From NCBI GenBank assembly GCA_009780985.1, contig WQYZ01000001.1:4030-68029 (forward strand): a DNA stretch of 64,000 bases, written 5' to 3'. The notes below the pieces were generated by a model that saw nothing but the letters and a program-made list of their open reading frames with translations, had not been told where the DNA came from and did not search any database. The stretch comes from Oscillospiraceae bacterium. Lineage in GTDB: Bacteria > Bacillota > Clostridia > Oscillospirales > WRJC01. Shown here piece by piece: positions 17,362 through 27,148 of this stretch (position 1 is its first letter; every line of letters begins with the position of its first letter). The position numbers and the translations under genes were made by a program.

Positions 17362-18171
17362 ATGTATAAAAACCATGAAAAAATAAAAGACGAGTGGAAT
17401 GCGGAATCGGACGAATATTTTAAGGGTTGTGCGTCTGAACGTGAAATAAATATAATTATGAATGACCCGTCGCGCGCTTTTCCTGAGGAAGTATTTGATA
17501 TGATAAAAAAGCATTTTCCTACCCTGAAAGGAAGAAAAGTGCTTGTTCCGTCAAGCGGAGATAATATGGCGGTTTTTGCGTTCAATTTGTTGGGCGCAAA
17601 TGTAACGTCGCTTGATATAGCGGAACGGCAGTTGTTTAACGCGAAGCAGATTTCTGACAGGCATGGATGGGAAAATATTGAATACATCGTTGACGACAGC
17701 ATGTATTTAAATAAAATCAACGATGATATATATGATTTAATATATACGTCAAACAGTGTTCACACATGGATTTTTGACTTAAACTGCATGTATAAAAATT
17801 TCTACAGGGTTTTACGGCAAAACGGTAAATATATTATGTTTGAAACTCACCCCATGGTACGCTGCGTCGATGAAAAGGATAATAAAATAGTCCCGGTCAG
17901 ACCATATGGAAAATTTGAACCACATTATTGGAGTGAGGACACTGCGCCATGTTATTATTGGCGGACGCAGGATTTCTTAAATGCTCTGATAGAATCGGAA
18001 TTCATATTAACGCACGTGGAGGAATTCCATGCCAGCCCCAAGGCACTAGATAATTTTAGCTTTTGGTATGGGTCGGCAGAAGCCGAAGCGGATAACTATC
18101 GTAAATTTGATTGGAAATTAAATGAGTATGAGGTATTGCCGGAGTGGTTGGGATTATGTGCGGAAAAATAA
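17362..18171 (+). CDS. class I SAM-dependent methyltransferase
   Basis: Motif I-like VLVPSSGDNMAVFAFNLLGANVTSLDIAERQL and motif IV-like LIYTSNSV. SD GGAGG. 269 aa. Confidence 0.6.
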   Translation: MYKNHEKIKDEWNAESDEYFKGCASEREINIIMNDPSRAFPEEVFDMIKKHFPTLKGRKVLVPSSGDNMAVFAFNLLGANVTSLDIAERQLFNAKQISDRHGWENIEYIVDDSMYLNKINDDIYDLIYTSNSVHTWIFDLNCMYKNFYRVLRQNGKYIMFETHPMVRCVDEKDNKIVPVRPYGKFEPHYWSEDTAPCYYWRTQDFLNALIESEFILTHVEEFHASPKALDNFSFWYGSAEAEADNYRKFDWKLNEYEVLPEWLGLCAEK

Positions 18172-18242
18172 AATAAGGAGTAATTTTTTATGGATGATAA
18201 ATTAAAACAAAAGCTGATGGAAAAAATAAAAAGCTGATTGAT

Positions 18243-19238
18243 ATGGTAATTGAGCGGGTTAAACGAGATTTCCCCGATGAAATTGAGTTTATCGGACTTA
18301 CAGGGTCTTTTTCCAAAAACGATTTTCACGAAAAAAGCGATTTAGACTTGGTTATCTTAAACAACACAGATAAAGGTCGAGGAATTGCGGACGGTTTCAT
18401 CTTCGACGATGTGGGATATGATATTTATTGCGCGTCTTGGGATAATATTTCAAAGATAACCGATATGCAGATATTATATTGTTCAAAGCAGGAATACATA
18501 GAAAAATATAATAAAATAAAAGAACAAACATTGCAAAAATTTGCGGAACCCATAGGCATTAATTGTATTAACCGCGCAAAAGAATGTATTGACCGTGCTA
18601 AACAGGAATACGCAAATACAATGCTATTTAACGATTTGTGTAGAGTAAGATATGCTTCAGGGGAGTTTTTAGGTCATATAGTACACGTTATTGCAGACCT
18701 TAACAATTCTTGTATTGATAAGCACGGCATTAAAAGATTTCTCGAAGAACTTTTAAGATATAAATATCTGCCGGAAAATTTTGAAAAGTTATATATGACG
18801 GTAATCGAGGCAAAGAATATTCAGGAAATAAGAGAATCATCGTTTTCGCTGTTAAACGGGGTAGCTCGGCTTTACGACGAAATGCACCGGGATTTTACAG
18901 AACAACCCGTTCCGACATACGATAATCTTTGGGGGACATACGAAGAACTTTGGTGCGACTGCCGGAACAAAGTTATTCGCAGCGCCAGCCTGAAAGATAA
19001 ATCCTACGCATTTTACGCAGCTATTGGCGCGCAAAGTTATTTCGATGAAATGACGGCGGAAAAAGGAACGAAAAAATTCGATTTACTGCAATACTTTGAT
19101 GCAGATAATCTTGATATATTCAAAAACGCTTTTTTAAAAGCAATGGACGAATATCTAACGGAATATGATAAAGTAGGGCGGAAAGTATTGAAATTTGATA
19201 AATTTGAAGAATTGTATGATTTTTATATGAAAAGATAA
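18243..19238 (+). CDS. nucleotidyltransferase-domain protein (pol-beta superfamily), 5' end possibly frame-disrupted
   Basis: GLTGSFSKNDFHEKSDLDLVIL (GS...DxD) followed by a helical C-terminal domain. There is no SD before ATG 18243. A good SD plus ATG sits at 18190 in another frame (see findings). Confidence 0.65.
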   Translation: MVIERVKRDFPDEIEFIGLTGSFSKNDFHEKSDLDLVILNNTDKGRGIADGFIFDDVGYDIYCASWDNISKITDMQILYCSKQEYIEKYNKIKEQTLQKFAEPIGINCINRAKECIDRAKQEYANTMLFNDLCRVRYASGEFLGHIVHVIADLNNSCIDKHGIKRFLEELLRYKYLPENFEKLYMTVIEAKNIQEIRESSFSLLNGVARLYDEMHRDFTEQPVPTYDNLWGTYEELWCDCRNKVIRSASLKDKSYAFYAAIGAQSYFDEMTAEKGTKKFDLLQYFDADNLDIFKNAFLKAMDEYLTEYDKVGRKVLKFDKFEELYDFYMKR

Positions 19239-19252
19239 AAGGCGGCGATATT

Positions 19253-21061
19253 ATGGAAAAAATAAACAGACGAATTATAAATAATATTATATATTCGTTC
19301 AAAGCCGTATGGAAAATTGATAAATTCGTCGTGTTTCTTTACGGACTAAACGTACTGCTTGAAAAAGTGCAGCCATTCCTGTATATTTTTTTGCCGAAAG
19401 TATTGATTGACGAATTAACGTCCGACGATGCCGACTGGTTTAAAACAATCGGAATTATTCTTGCGTTTCTTATAGCAATTACGGCGGCTAATTTTATTCA
19501 GCGTTCAACTTACAGTCAGACGTCGGCAAGGTTAATAAAGTATAAATTGGAAAAAAGAAAAGAATTAGCCTTAAAAATCATTGATATTGATTATTCGTAT
19601 ATGGAAAATTCAAAAACCTTAAACGAATATACTCTCGCTCAGAATGCCGTAGGCAATTATTGCAACGGCATGGAGGGTATGATGCGTGAAATGTTTGGGT
19701 TTATATTTTCTGTACTAACAGTTATAGGCTATGTATCAATATTGGCGACTTTGAATATTTTTGTTGTATTGGCATTGATAATAATTACAGTTGTCAGCTA
19801 TTTTATAAAACAAAGAATTGCGTCACAAAACATGTCTAAAAGGGAAGAAACGGAAAACTGTGAAAGAAGATCGTCATATTATTCAAATGTTATGTCTGAT
19901 TTCTCTTATGGAAAAGAAATACGTATCTATAACGCAAAAAAATTTTTGACTGATAAATATAATCTTTTTAACGAAATGGGTATTGGAATCAGGAAAAAAG
20001 TAATTTTACAAAGGACAAAATGGAATTTTTTGCTGAATATTATCAATTTGATTAAAGGCTTAATATGTTACGGCTATCTGTTGTCGGCGGCTTTGAACGG
20101 CAATATACAAATCGGTTCGTTTCTTATGTATTTCGTAGCGTTAGGAGGATTTACGGGCTGGATTGAAGATGTTACCGAATCGCTTGCTCAACTGCGGAGA
20201 ATTGATATACAGGTTGACGATTACAGAAATTTTATGACTATTCCTGATATGAAAAATGGAAATGAACACAAAGATATAAAAACTGTTAATAAAATCGAAT
20301 TTAAAAATGTATGGTTCAAATATCCGGGTACTGAAAATTATGTTCTGAAAAATATAAACCTGTGTTTAGATACTGGGGATAAACTTGCTGTCGTTGGCAA
20401 AAACGGCGGCGGTAAAACGACGCTGATAAAATTATTATGCGGATTATATGAGCCTGACAAAGGCGAAATATTATACGACGGGATAAATCTGCGCGATTTG
20501 AACAGAGCGGATTATGTAAATCAGTTAGCCGTTATTTTTCAGACAATAAATATATTTGCTTTTTCGGTCAAGGCAAACGTCGCGTTATGCGCCAAAGATA
20601 ATATAAACGCGGAAAAAGTATCGGAGAGCTTAAAATCCTCTGATGTTGATTATATCCTGTCAAAAAGCCACAACGGATTGGATATGAGTCTGTCAAAAAT
20701 ATTGGACGACGAGGGTATCGAATTGTCGGGCGGGGAAAATCAGAAAATCGCTTTAGCGAGAGCGATATATAAAAACGGAAGCGTAATAATTCTTGACGAA
20801 CCTACTTCGCATTTAGACGCTATCGCTGAAAAGCGTATATATGACAACTATCTGCAAATTGCCGGCAATAAAATATCCGTCTTTATTTCTCACCGCTTGG
20901 CAAGCACTAAATTCTGCGACAATATTATTATGATTGAGGACGGTGAAATCATAGAAACAGGCACGCATGATTTTTTGATTGAACAAGACGGCAAATACGC
21001 CGAAATGTTCAATATACAATCTGTTTATTATAAAGACGAGGGAGCGGAAATATTAGAATGA
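19253..21061 (+). CDS. ABC transporter, fused permease/ATP-binding subunit (exporter half)
   Basis: Six-TM N-terminal domain, Walker A GKNGGGKTTL, signature LSGGENQK, Walker B IILDEPTS. Confidence 0.9.
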   Translation: MEKINRRIINNIIYSFKAVWKIDKFVVFLYGLNVLLEKVQPFLYIFLPKVLIDELTSDDADWFKTIGIILAFLIAITAANFIQRSTYSQTSARLIKYKLEKRKELALKIIDIDYSYMENSKTLNEYTLAQNAVGNYCNGMEGMMREMFGFIFSVLTVIGYVSILATLNIFVVLALIIITVVSYFIKQRIASQNMSKREETENCERRSSYYSNVMSDFSYGKEIRIYNAKKFLTDKYNLFNEMGIGIRKKVILQRTKWNFLLNIINLIKGLICYGYLLSAALNGNIQIGSFLMYFVALGGFTGWIEDVTESLAQLRRIDIQVDDYRNFMTIPDMKNGNEHKDIKTVNKIEFKNVWFKYPGTENYVLKNINLCLDTGDKLAVVGKNGGGKTTLIKLLCGLYEPDKGEILYDGINLRDLNRADYVNQLAVIFQTINIFAFSVKANVALCAKDNINAEKVSESLKSSDVDYILSKSHNGLDMSLSKILDDEGIELSGGENQKIALARAIYKNGSVIILDEPTSHLDAIAEKRIYDNYLQIAGNKISVFISHRLASTKFCDNIIMIEDGEIIETGTHDFLIEQDGKYAEMFNIQSVYYKDEGAEILE

Positions 21062-22845
21062 AAAAAAGATTACAGAACCTAAAAAAGAATATCGCGCTGA
21101 TATTATATTTCGTTAAAACTTCCTATTCAATTTCAAAGTCTTATATATGGGGAATGATATTTTCGTCAATTATAGGGATAATCGCCGGTTATAATTTTAT
21201 TATCATGCCGAAGTTTTTTATAGGCGAACTGATGAATCTTAAGAGAATCAATGTGATTGCGCTTTATTTGGTTATCTTTGTCTCAATTATTTTTATAACG
21301 AAAAACATATCTGATATTATATCAAACATGATGGAAATAGAAAAAACAAAATTGTTGAAAGGTTTGCAAAACATTATCGACCGCAGTATCATGGAAATGG
21401 ACTATGAACATATCGAGGATCCAAAAATTTTGGATTTGCGCGAGCAAGTAATGGAGTCAATACACGGGGATTTTTTTTACCGTATGTTTGACTGCCTGAC
21501 AAGCATTGTAACCGAAAGTATAAATTTAATATCGCTTGGCATATTAATTTCTTTTTTGAACCCAATAATTATTGTGATTCTCGTGTTAATTGTTTTAATG
21601 AACAATATATTCAATAAAAAAATCAATGAAACAACTTTTTTCTGGGACAAGATATTCGGCGTATTTAACCGCCGGCTCGGTTATTTCCATTCGATTACCA
21701 ACGATTTTTCAATCGGCAAGGATTCGAGGATTTATGACATAAAAGGGTTGTTAAATGACGAATTCGACGATTTCAATAAAAAATCATATGAGGCAAATAT
21801 GCGCGGTATGAAAAAGTCAGGATTATTTTACGGGCTTATTTCGATAAACGAACAGATACAATTACTGATTGTATATATTTACATAACATATAAAGTATTT
21901 ACAGGCGTAATAGGCATAGGCGGTTTTTCTATGTATGTAAGCGCGGCAAGCCAGTTCGGGAAATCAATTTTTAGGATTATGGACAGTTTTGTCGGATTCA
22001 GATTAATAAGCAATTATATTGATATGTATATGCAGCTGCTGAAACTTGGCGAAAACAAAAAACGCGGCGGTTTAAAAATTGTTGATACAGACGATATATG
22101 TATTGAATTTCGCAATGTTTCTTTTAAATATCCCCGTGCGGAGCAATACACGCTGAAAAATATAAACATTACAGTATATCCTCACGAGAAATTATCTGTC
22201 ATAGGTGAAAACGGCGCAGGTAAAACCACGTTTATAAAATTGCTTTGCGGGTTGTATAGACCAACATCAGGAGAAATATTAGTAAACGGCATTAATATAA
22301 CCGAGCTTGATTATGAAAGCTATATTCAAAAAATATCGGCGGTTTTTCAGGATTTCAAGCTGTTCGCGTGCAGTATAAAAGAAAATATTGCGTTCGATGA
22401 CTTTAATAACGACGAGGAAAAAATCATAGGAACATTGAATAAAAGCGGTATTCTGGAAAAGATAAATACTTTAAGCAATGGGATTGACACGCAGTTATAT
22501 AAATATTTCGACGAAAATGGCATTGAACTGTCAGGGGGTGAAAATCAGAAACTGGTTATATCGAGAGCTATATATAAAAATTCACCCGTGATTGTACTTG
22601 ACGAACCTACCGCTTCTCTCGACCCGTATGCCGAATATGAAATATTCAGCAAATTAAACGATATAAGTCAGGGCAAAACCGTCATCTTTATTTCGCACAG
22701 GTTGTCGAGTTGCAGAATATGCGATAAAATCGCCGTATTTCATAAAGGCGAAATTGTTCAATACGGCACGCATGACGAGCTTATAGGTTTTCCTGACGGG
22801 AAATACTATGAGATGTATACCGCACAGGCGCAATATTATATCTGA
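21058..22845 (+). CDS. ABC transporter, fused permease/ATP-binding subunit (second exporter half)
   Basis: A 4-nt overlap with the previous gene. GENGAGKTTF, LSGGENQK, IVLDEPTA. Probably a heterodimeric exporter. Confidence 0.9.
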   Translation: MKKRLQNLKKNIALILYFVKTSYSISKSYIWGMIFSSIIGIIAGYNFIIMPKFFIGELMNLKRINVIALYLVIFVSIIFITKNISDIISNMMEIEKTKLLKGLQNIIDRSIMEMDYEHIEDPKILDLREQVMESIHGDFFYRMFDCLTSIVTESINLISLGILISFLNPIIIVILVLIVLMNNIFNKKINETTFFWDKIFGVFNRRLGYFHSITNDFSIGKDSRIYDIKGLLNDEFDDFNKKSYEANMRGMKKSGLFYGLISINEQIQLLIVYIYITYKVFTGVIGIGGFSMYVSAASQFGKSIFRIMDSFVGFRLISNYIDMYMQLLKLGENKKRGGLKIVDTDDICIEFRNVSFKYPRAEQYTLKNINITVYPHEKLSVIGENGAGKTTFIKLLCGLYRPTSGEILVNGINITELDYESYIQKISAVFQDFKLFACSIKENIAFDDFNNDEEKIIGTLNKSGILEKINTLSNGIDTQLYKYFDENGIELSGGENQKLVISRAIYKNSPVIVLDEPTASLDPYAEYEIFSKLNDISQGKTVIFISHRLSSCRICDKIAVFHKGEIVQYGTHDELIGFPDGKYYEMYTAQAQYYI

Positions 22846-22864
22846 ATTACAAATTTAAAATAAA

Positions 22865-22893
22865 TTGACTTTTTATGTAATATGTGTTATAAT
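22865..22893 (+). promoter_or_regulatory. sigma-A promoter of the glucan phosphorylase operon
   Basis: TTGACT, a 17-nt spacer, then TGTTATAAT (extended -10), about 48 nt upstream of ATG 22941. Confidence 0.6.
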
Positions 22894-22940
22894 ATTACCG
22901 AATTAAGGTGTTTTAACACTATTTATCGGAGGAAAATCAA

Positions 22941-24563
22941 ATGGATAAAAAAATAAAGTGTTCATATTTTTGTATGGAATATGCGATAGACAGCGCACTC
23001 AAAACATATGCGGGCGGTCTCGGAATCTTAGCCGGGGATTACCTCAAAGGCGCGGTCCGAGACGGGTTGCCTGTCACCGGAGTCGGCATCAAATGGAAAC
23101 AGGGCTACGGCGAACAGTATATCGGCAAAGATATGCGCCCATACGACGCATACAAACAAAACGATTATACCGGAAAACTTGAGGATACCGGCGAGGAAGT
23201 GGAAGTAAAAATACGCCGCCGGAAAGTCAAAGTAAAAATATGGCGTTATAACGCTGATGGCGTTGATAATCTATATCTTTTGGATACCGACGTTGAAGGC
23301 AATGCGGGCGACGATCGCTGGATATGCGGTCAGCTCTACGGCTGGTTTGAAGAGGAGCGGTTAGCGCAGGAGATTGTTCTCGGCGTGGGCGGCGTACGCG
23401 CTCTTGAAAAGCTCGGCATAAAAACGGACGTTTATCATTTCAACGAGGGGCACGCCGTTTTCGCGGGGCTGGAACTCCTGTCAAAACAAATGGCTTCCGG
23501 TCATACTTTTGAGGAAGCCATGTCTGAGGTCAGGAAAAAAGTGGTATTCACCACGCACACTCCGGTAAAAGAGGGCAACGAATCGCATTCGTTTAACGCA
23601 ATGCAATATATGGGCGCGGACTGCGAACTGAAAAGAAACCAGCTTAAAGTCATCGGCGGCAATCCGTTCAATATGACCGTAGCCGCGCTGAGACTGTCGC
23701 GCAAGACAAACGGCGTAGCGCAGCTGCACGGCGAGACCGCCAACAAAATGTGGGAAAAAGTCGGCGGACGCTCTGAAATCATCGGCATAACCAACGCAAT
23801 CTACGCTCCCGTATGGACGGACGAAAGTATGAAAGAACTTGCCAAAGCAAAAAAATTCGGCGAACTCTATGAACGGCATATGGAAAACAAACGCAAATTG
23901 ATAGATTTTGTCAAAGACCGCACAGGCGTTGTACTGCGTGAAAACGTCATGCTCATAGGCTTCAGCAGGAGGGCTGCGCCGTATAAACGCTCTAATCTCA
24001 TATTCAGGGACGAGAGGTTTATACGCAGTCTGTTCAAAAAAGATAAAATTCAGATAATTTTTTCGGGAAAGTCTCACCCGTTGGACGACAACGGTAAAAA
24101 TATCGTCGAGGACATAGTTAAAATGGCTGCGCAATATCCCGACAACGTCGTTTTCCTTGAAAACTACGATATGGAAATCGGCGCGGCGCTGACGAGAGGC
24201 TGCGACGTCTGGCTCAACAACCCTGTGCGTCCGCTCGAGGCATCGGGAACTTCAGGAATGAAAGCGGCAATGAACGGCGTTATCAACGTTTCCGTGCTTG
24301 ACGGCTGGTGGCCCGAAATATGCGACGACGGCAGGAACGGCTGGCAGTTCGGCGGCGGCAAAGAGTTTAAATCATGGAAAGAATCCGACATACACGATTA
24401 CAGGGAGCTTAGAAAAATTCTGACCGAAAAGGTTATCCCCATGTATTATGAAAATCAGGACGAATGGCGTATCATGATGGCAAATTCTATCAACGACACC
24501 AAAGAAAAATTTGAAGTGGCGAGAATGCTTAAAGAATATTACGAAAAGTTATATAAAAATTGA
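22941..24563 (+). CDS. glgP: alpha-glucan family phosphorylase (GT35)
   Basis: YAGGLGILAGD N-terminal motif and the pyridoxal-phosphate lysine motif EASGTSGMKAAMNG. 540 aa. Confidence 0.85.
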   Translation: MDKKIKCSYFCMEYAIDSALKTYAGGLGILAGDYLKGAVRDGLPVTGVGIKWKQGYGEQYIGKDMRPYDAYKQNDYTGKLEDTGEEVEVKIRRRKVKVKIWRYNADGVDNLYLLDTDVEGNAGDDRWICGQLYGWFEEERLAQEIVLGVGGVRALEKLGIKTDVYHFNEGHAVFAGLELLSKQMASGHTFEEAMSEVRKKVVFTTHTPVKEGNESHSFNAMQYMGADCELKRNQLKVIGGNPFNMTVAALRLSRKTNGVAQLHGETANKMWEKVGGRSEIIGITNAIYAPVWTDESMKELAKAKKFGELYERHMENKRKLIDFVKDRTGVVLRENVMLIGFSRRAAPYKRSNLIFRDERFIRSLFKKDKIQIIFSGKSHPLDDNGKNIVEDIVKMAAQYPDNVVFLENYDMEIGAALTRGCDVWLNNPVRPLEASGTSGMKAAMNGVINVSVLDGWWPEICDDGRNGWQFGGGKEFKSWKESDIHDYRELRKILTEKVIPMYYENQDEWRIMMANSINDTKEKFEVARMLKEYYEKLYKN

Positions 24564-24585
24564 AATTTTGTGAAGGCGGGATATA

Positions 24586-25404
24586 TTGATTGTAAATATC
24601 GCAAATTACGATTTTCCGGGGATGTGGGATAATACATATTATTTCGCTCTGTCTGACTATCCCACCATTTCCGATTGGGAATTAAGAAAACTTATTTTAT
24701 TTGTAGATTACGAAAAAAGTCATGGCAGAGAAACGGAAATTATTTGTGAGAGCAACGAAATTACTCAGGCTGTCAATAACGCTCTCGCAAACCCCGCATC
24801 ATTTTTATCAGCACAAAAACCGGATATAATTACCGAATGTACAGCCTGTCGGCAAAAAGGCTGTTTGGCCGATTATCTCTGTCATACGGCAAGTATCGAA
24901 AATGCGAAGTCAATATTCAGATGCGGCAAACTTTTATCGGCAGTAAAGGCGAGAAACAAAACAAGAGAAGAACTTGCCGAAGAACCGAGAAACGCCGCAA
25001 AAGACCCGCCCGACTATTTCGATTATATAATGATGGCGTGGGGGAACTGCCAAGCCGGCGACAGGCTTGTTATGGAACGACTTCTATGCAGATTCCCGGA
25101 TGAATATGATTTAAGCGTTGATTTCAAACCGGGAGTGCGTTTCTACTTTAAGTATACGGTCTTAGAGAATCACAGGGATTTCACAAACGACGGTATGCAT
25201 CCTGCAAAGATAAAAAATGAACTCCTGCTCTCGGATTATTTATATTGCTGTATAATCCCTGAAAATAACAGGTCGGAGTTTGAAAATATTATTCCGCCGT
25301 ATCTTGTAAACAGAATTTTCTATATAGAAAATGACTGCAGGGATATTTGGGACTGGTCGGAAAAAGTCTATAACTTTGTGTTAAAACAAAAAGTCGTATT
25401 ATAA
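24586..25404 (+). CDS. hypothetical protein with an ADP-ribosyltransferase-like (H-Y-E class) motif set
   Basis: LCHTASIENAKSIFRCGKLLS, then DYFDYIMMAW, then KNELLLSDYLYCCIIP. These resemble the beta1-alpha1, Tyr and catalytic Glu segments of DarT/DUF4433-type ARTs. TTG start. Tentative call. Confidence 0.35.
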   Translation: MIVNIANYDFPGMWDNTYYFALSDYPTISDWELRKLILFVDYEKSHGRETEIICESNEITQAVNNALANPASFLSAQKPDIITECTACRQKGCLADYLCHTASIENAKSIFRCGKLLSAVKARNKTREELAEEPRNAAKDPPDYFDYIMMAWGNCQAGDRLVMERLLCRFPDEYDLSVDFKPGVRFYFKYTVLENHRDFTNDGMHPAKIKNELLLSDYLYCCIIPENNRSEFENIIPPYLVNRIFYIENDCRDIWDWSEKVYNFVLKQKVVL

Positions 25405-25464
25405 ATATTTTATTAGATATTATAATATAGTCATCTATTTAATCGGCAGGAGGTAAGATAACAA

Positions 25465-26460
25465 ATGAGCAAAAAAGCTATTTTAGGACTGGAAACCGGA
25501 GGAACATATACACGCGCCGCAATTACCGATACATACGGCGCCCTGCTTTCGTATGTCAAATGGAAGGGCGGCGGCAATCCAAACAGAGAACCCAACGCAA
25601 AAGAAAATGTTTTTAACGCAGTACATGAAGCCGTGAAAAAGGCAAGTTGCGAACTCGGCGACATAATCGCAATGTGCGGAGGAATGGGCGGATATGACAA
25701 CGAGACCGATCTAAAATGGGTACGCGAACTGACAAATATCGACGGCTTGAACTGTCCGATTAAGCATGTGAACGATCTTGTCGTGGCTCAGAGAGGCGCG
25801 TTTATCATGAAGCCCGGAATAATTGCCGTGTCAGGCACCGGTTCGCTCACATTGGGCATAACGGAATCAGAGCGGCATATCAATAATTATTATAATTTCT
25901 GGTGGTACGAAAACACATCGGCGAACGGTATTGCCTACAACAGCATATATAAGATAATCGCGGGTGAAACCGATGAAACTGATAATGATTTCGTAAAAAT
26001 AGCGTTCAGGCATTTCGGGGCAAACAACTTATCAGATTTAATAGAACTGGGGATAAAAGGTTTCATAGACAATTATGTTCAAAGAGATAAACTCTTTGGA
26101 AATTTAGCTCCTGCGGTTACTGACGCCGCGTTAAAAGGCAGCCATCTTGCCGAAAAAGTCTGCGAAAAGGCGGCGGAGGATATAGTCACAAGCATCAGAT
26201 TAGTCGGAGCTTGTTTTGAATCTGAATCAGTTTTGACGGCTTTAGTCGGCAGTGTGGCGAACAGCGCGTTTATCAGAAACCGCGTCACTCAGATACTAAT
26301 CGAAGAAAGTAACAACAGAAAATATCTGCTTGTAGAGCCTGAATTACCTCCGGTGCTCGGCGCTGTAATCATGGCAATGCAGCTTGTTGAAATAGCTCTG
26401 AGCGACGAAATCTTGAACAATTTACATAAAAGCGCGGAAACCATAAAACAGGAGGCGTAA
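25465..26460 (+). CDS. BadF/BadG/BcrA/BcrD-type ATPase (N-acetylglucosamine kinase-like)
   Basis: ILGLETGGTYTRAAITD phosphate-1 motif and IAVSGTGS. 331 aa. Confidence 0.7.
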   Translation: MSKKAILGLETGGTYTRAAITDTYGALLSYVKWKGGGNPNREPNAKENVFNAVHEAVKKASCELGDIIAMCGGMGGYDNETDLKWVRELTNIDGLNCPIKHVNDLVVAQRGAFIMKPGIIAVSGTGSLTLGITESERHINNYYNFWWYENTSANGIAYNSIYKIIAGETDETDNDFVKIAFRHFGANNLSDLIELGIKGFIDNYVQRDKLFGNLAPAVTDAALKGSHLAEKVCEKAAEDIVTSIRLVGACFESESVLTALVGSVANSAFIRNRVTQILIEESNNRKYLLVEPELPPVLGAVIMAMQLVEIALSDEILNNLHKSAETIKQEA

Positions 26461-26462
26461 GC

Positions 26463-27044
26463 ATGTTTTCGTTTTTTCATATGCAAGCAAAACAGATTTT
26501 TACAGGCAATGTACTGTTCGTCGTCTGTTGCGGATTTTATCTCGCGTGGTGGCTCACAGCTTTCAGCCCGTCCGGCGCAACCCAGAGCACGAAAACAAAC
26601 TGGTTGCTGCTTCCCGCCATATTGGCAGGCTTACTGGGTGTAATTCTGATCGTACGAGGTATCATTACAAAAACACAGGTCAATAAGTCGCTCCCCGGAA
26701 TATATATTCTGCTGGGTGGTATCGTTGCGTTCATTATCCTGCTCTATGTTACCGTATCGCTGTTCAAACGTCCGGCAACTTCGGAATTGCTCCTGATTAT
26801 CGGGTGGGGTGCGCTCATGCTGGCGGAGATTAATGCGCTGTTCGGGTCAGGGTTATTTTCCCATAGGCAGTCTGTTGTGTTCGTCGTGATAATATGTGCG
26901 GCTGTAGTAATATCTTTGGTCTGCTACATACTATACTTTCGGTTAGGCAGCCGCGCCGGATATATCGACGGTATGATTCCTCTGGTGCTGGCGGCTCTGA
27001 CTATGCTGGCTATTTCCTGTTATATGGCGATTCCGGGGAAATAA
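26463..27044 (+). CDS. integral membrane protein (about 6 TM), unknown function
   Basis: Hydrophobic throughout. Starts 2 nt after the kinase stop. Confidence 0.6.
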   Translation: MFSFFHMQAKQIFTGNVLFVVCCGFYLAWWLTAFSPSGATQSTKTNWLLLPAILAGLLGVILIVRGIITKTQVNKSLPGIYILLGGIVAFIILLYVTVSLFKRPATSELLLIIGWGALMLAEINALFGSGLFSHRQSVVFVVIICAAVVISLVCYILYFRLGSRAGYIDGMIPLVLAALTMLAISCYMAIPGK

Positions 27045-27148
27045 ATAGACGTAGAATTCATAACAATTTTTAATGATTTTTTCAGCAACTATATTGGCAG
27101 AAATATTACCCGTGTCTATTTTATGTACGCTTCTTATTTTGGTTAATC

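Noticed and set aside
23481-24134. Long ORFs antisense to, or out of frame with, confidently assigned genes. Examples: 23481-24134(-), 32274-32801(+), 37360-37992(+), 42373-43008(+), 56316-57071(+), 59424-59963(+), 17268-17720(-).
   Set aside because: Each lies entirely within a gene that has clear family motifs. They have no SD sequences and low-complexity, Ser/Pro/Phe-rich translations typical of shadow ORFs.
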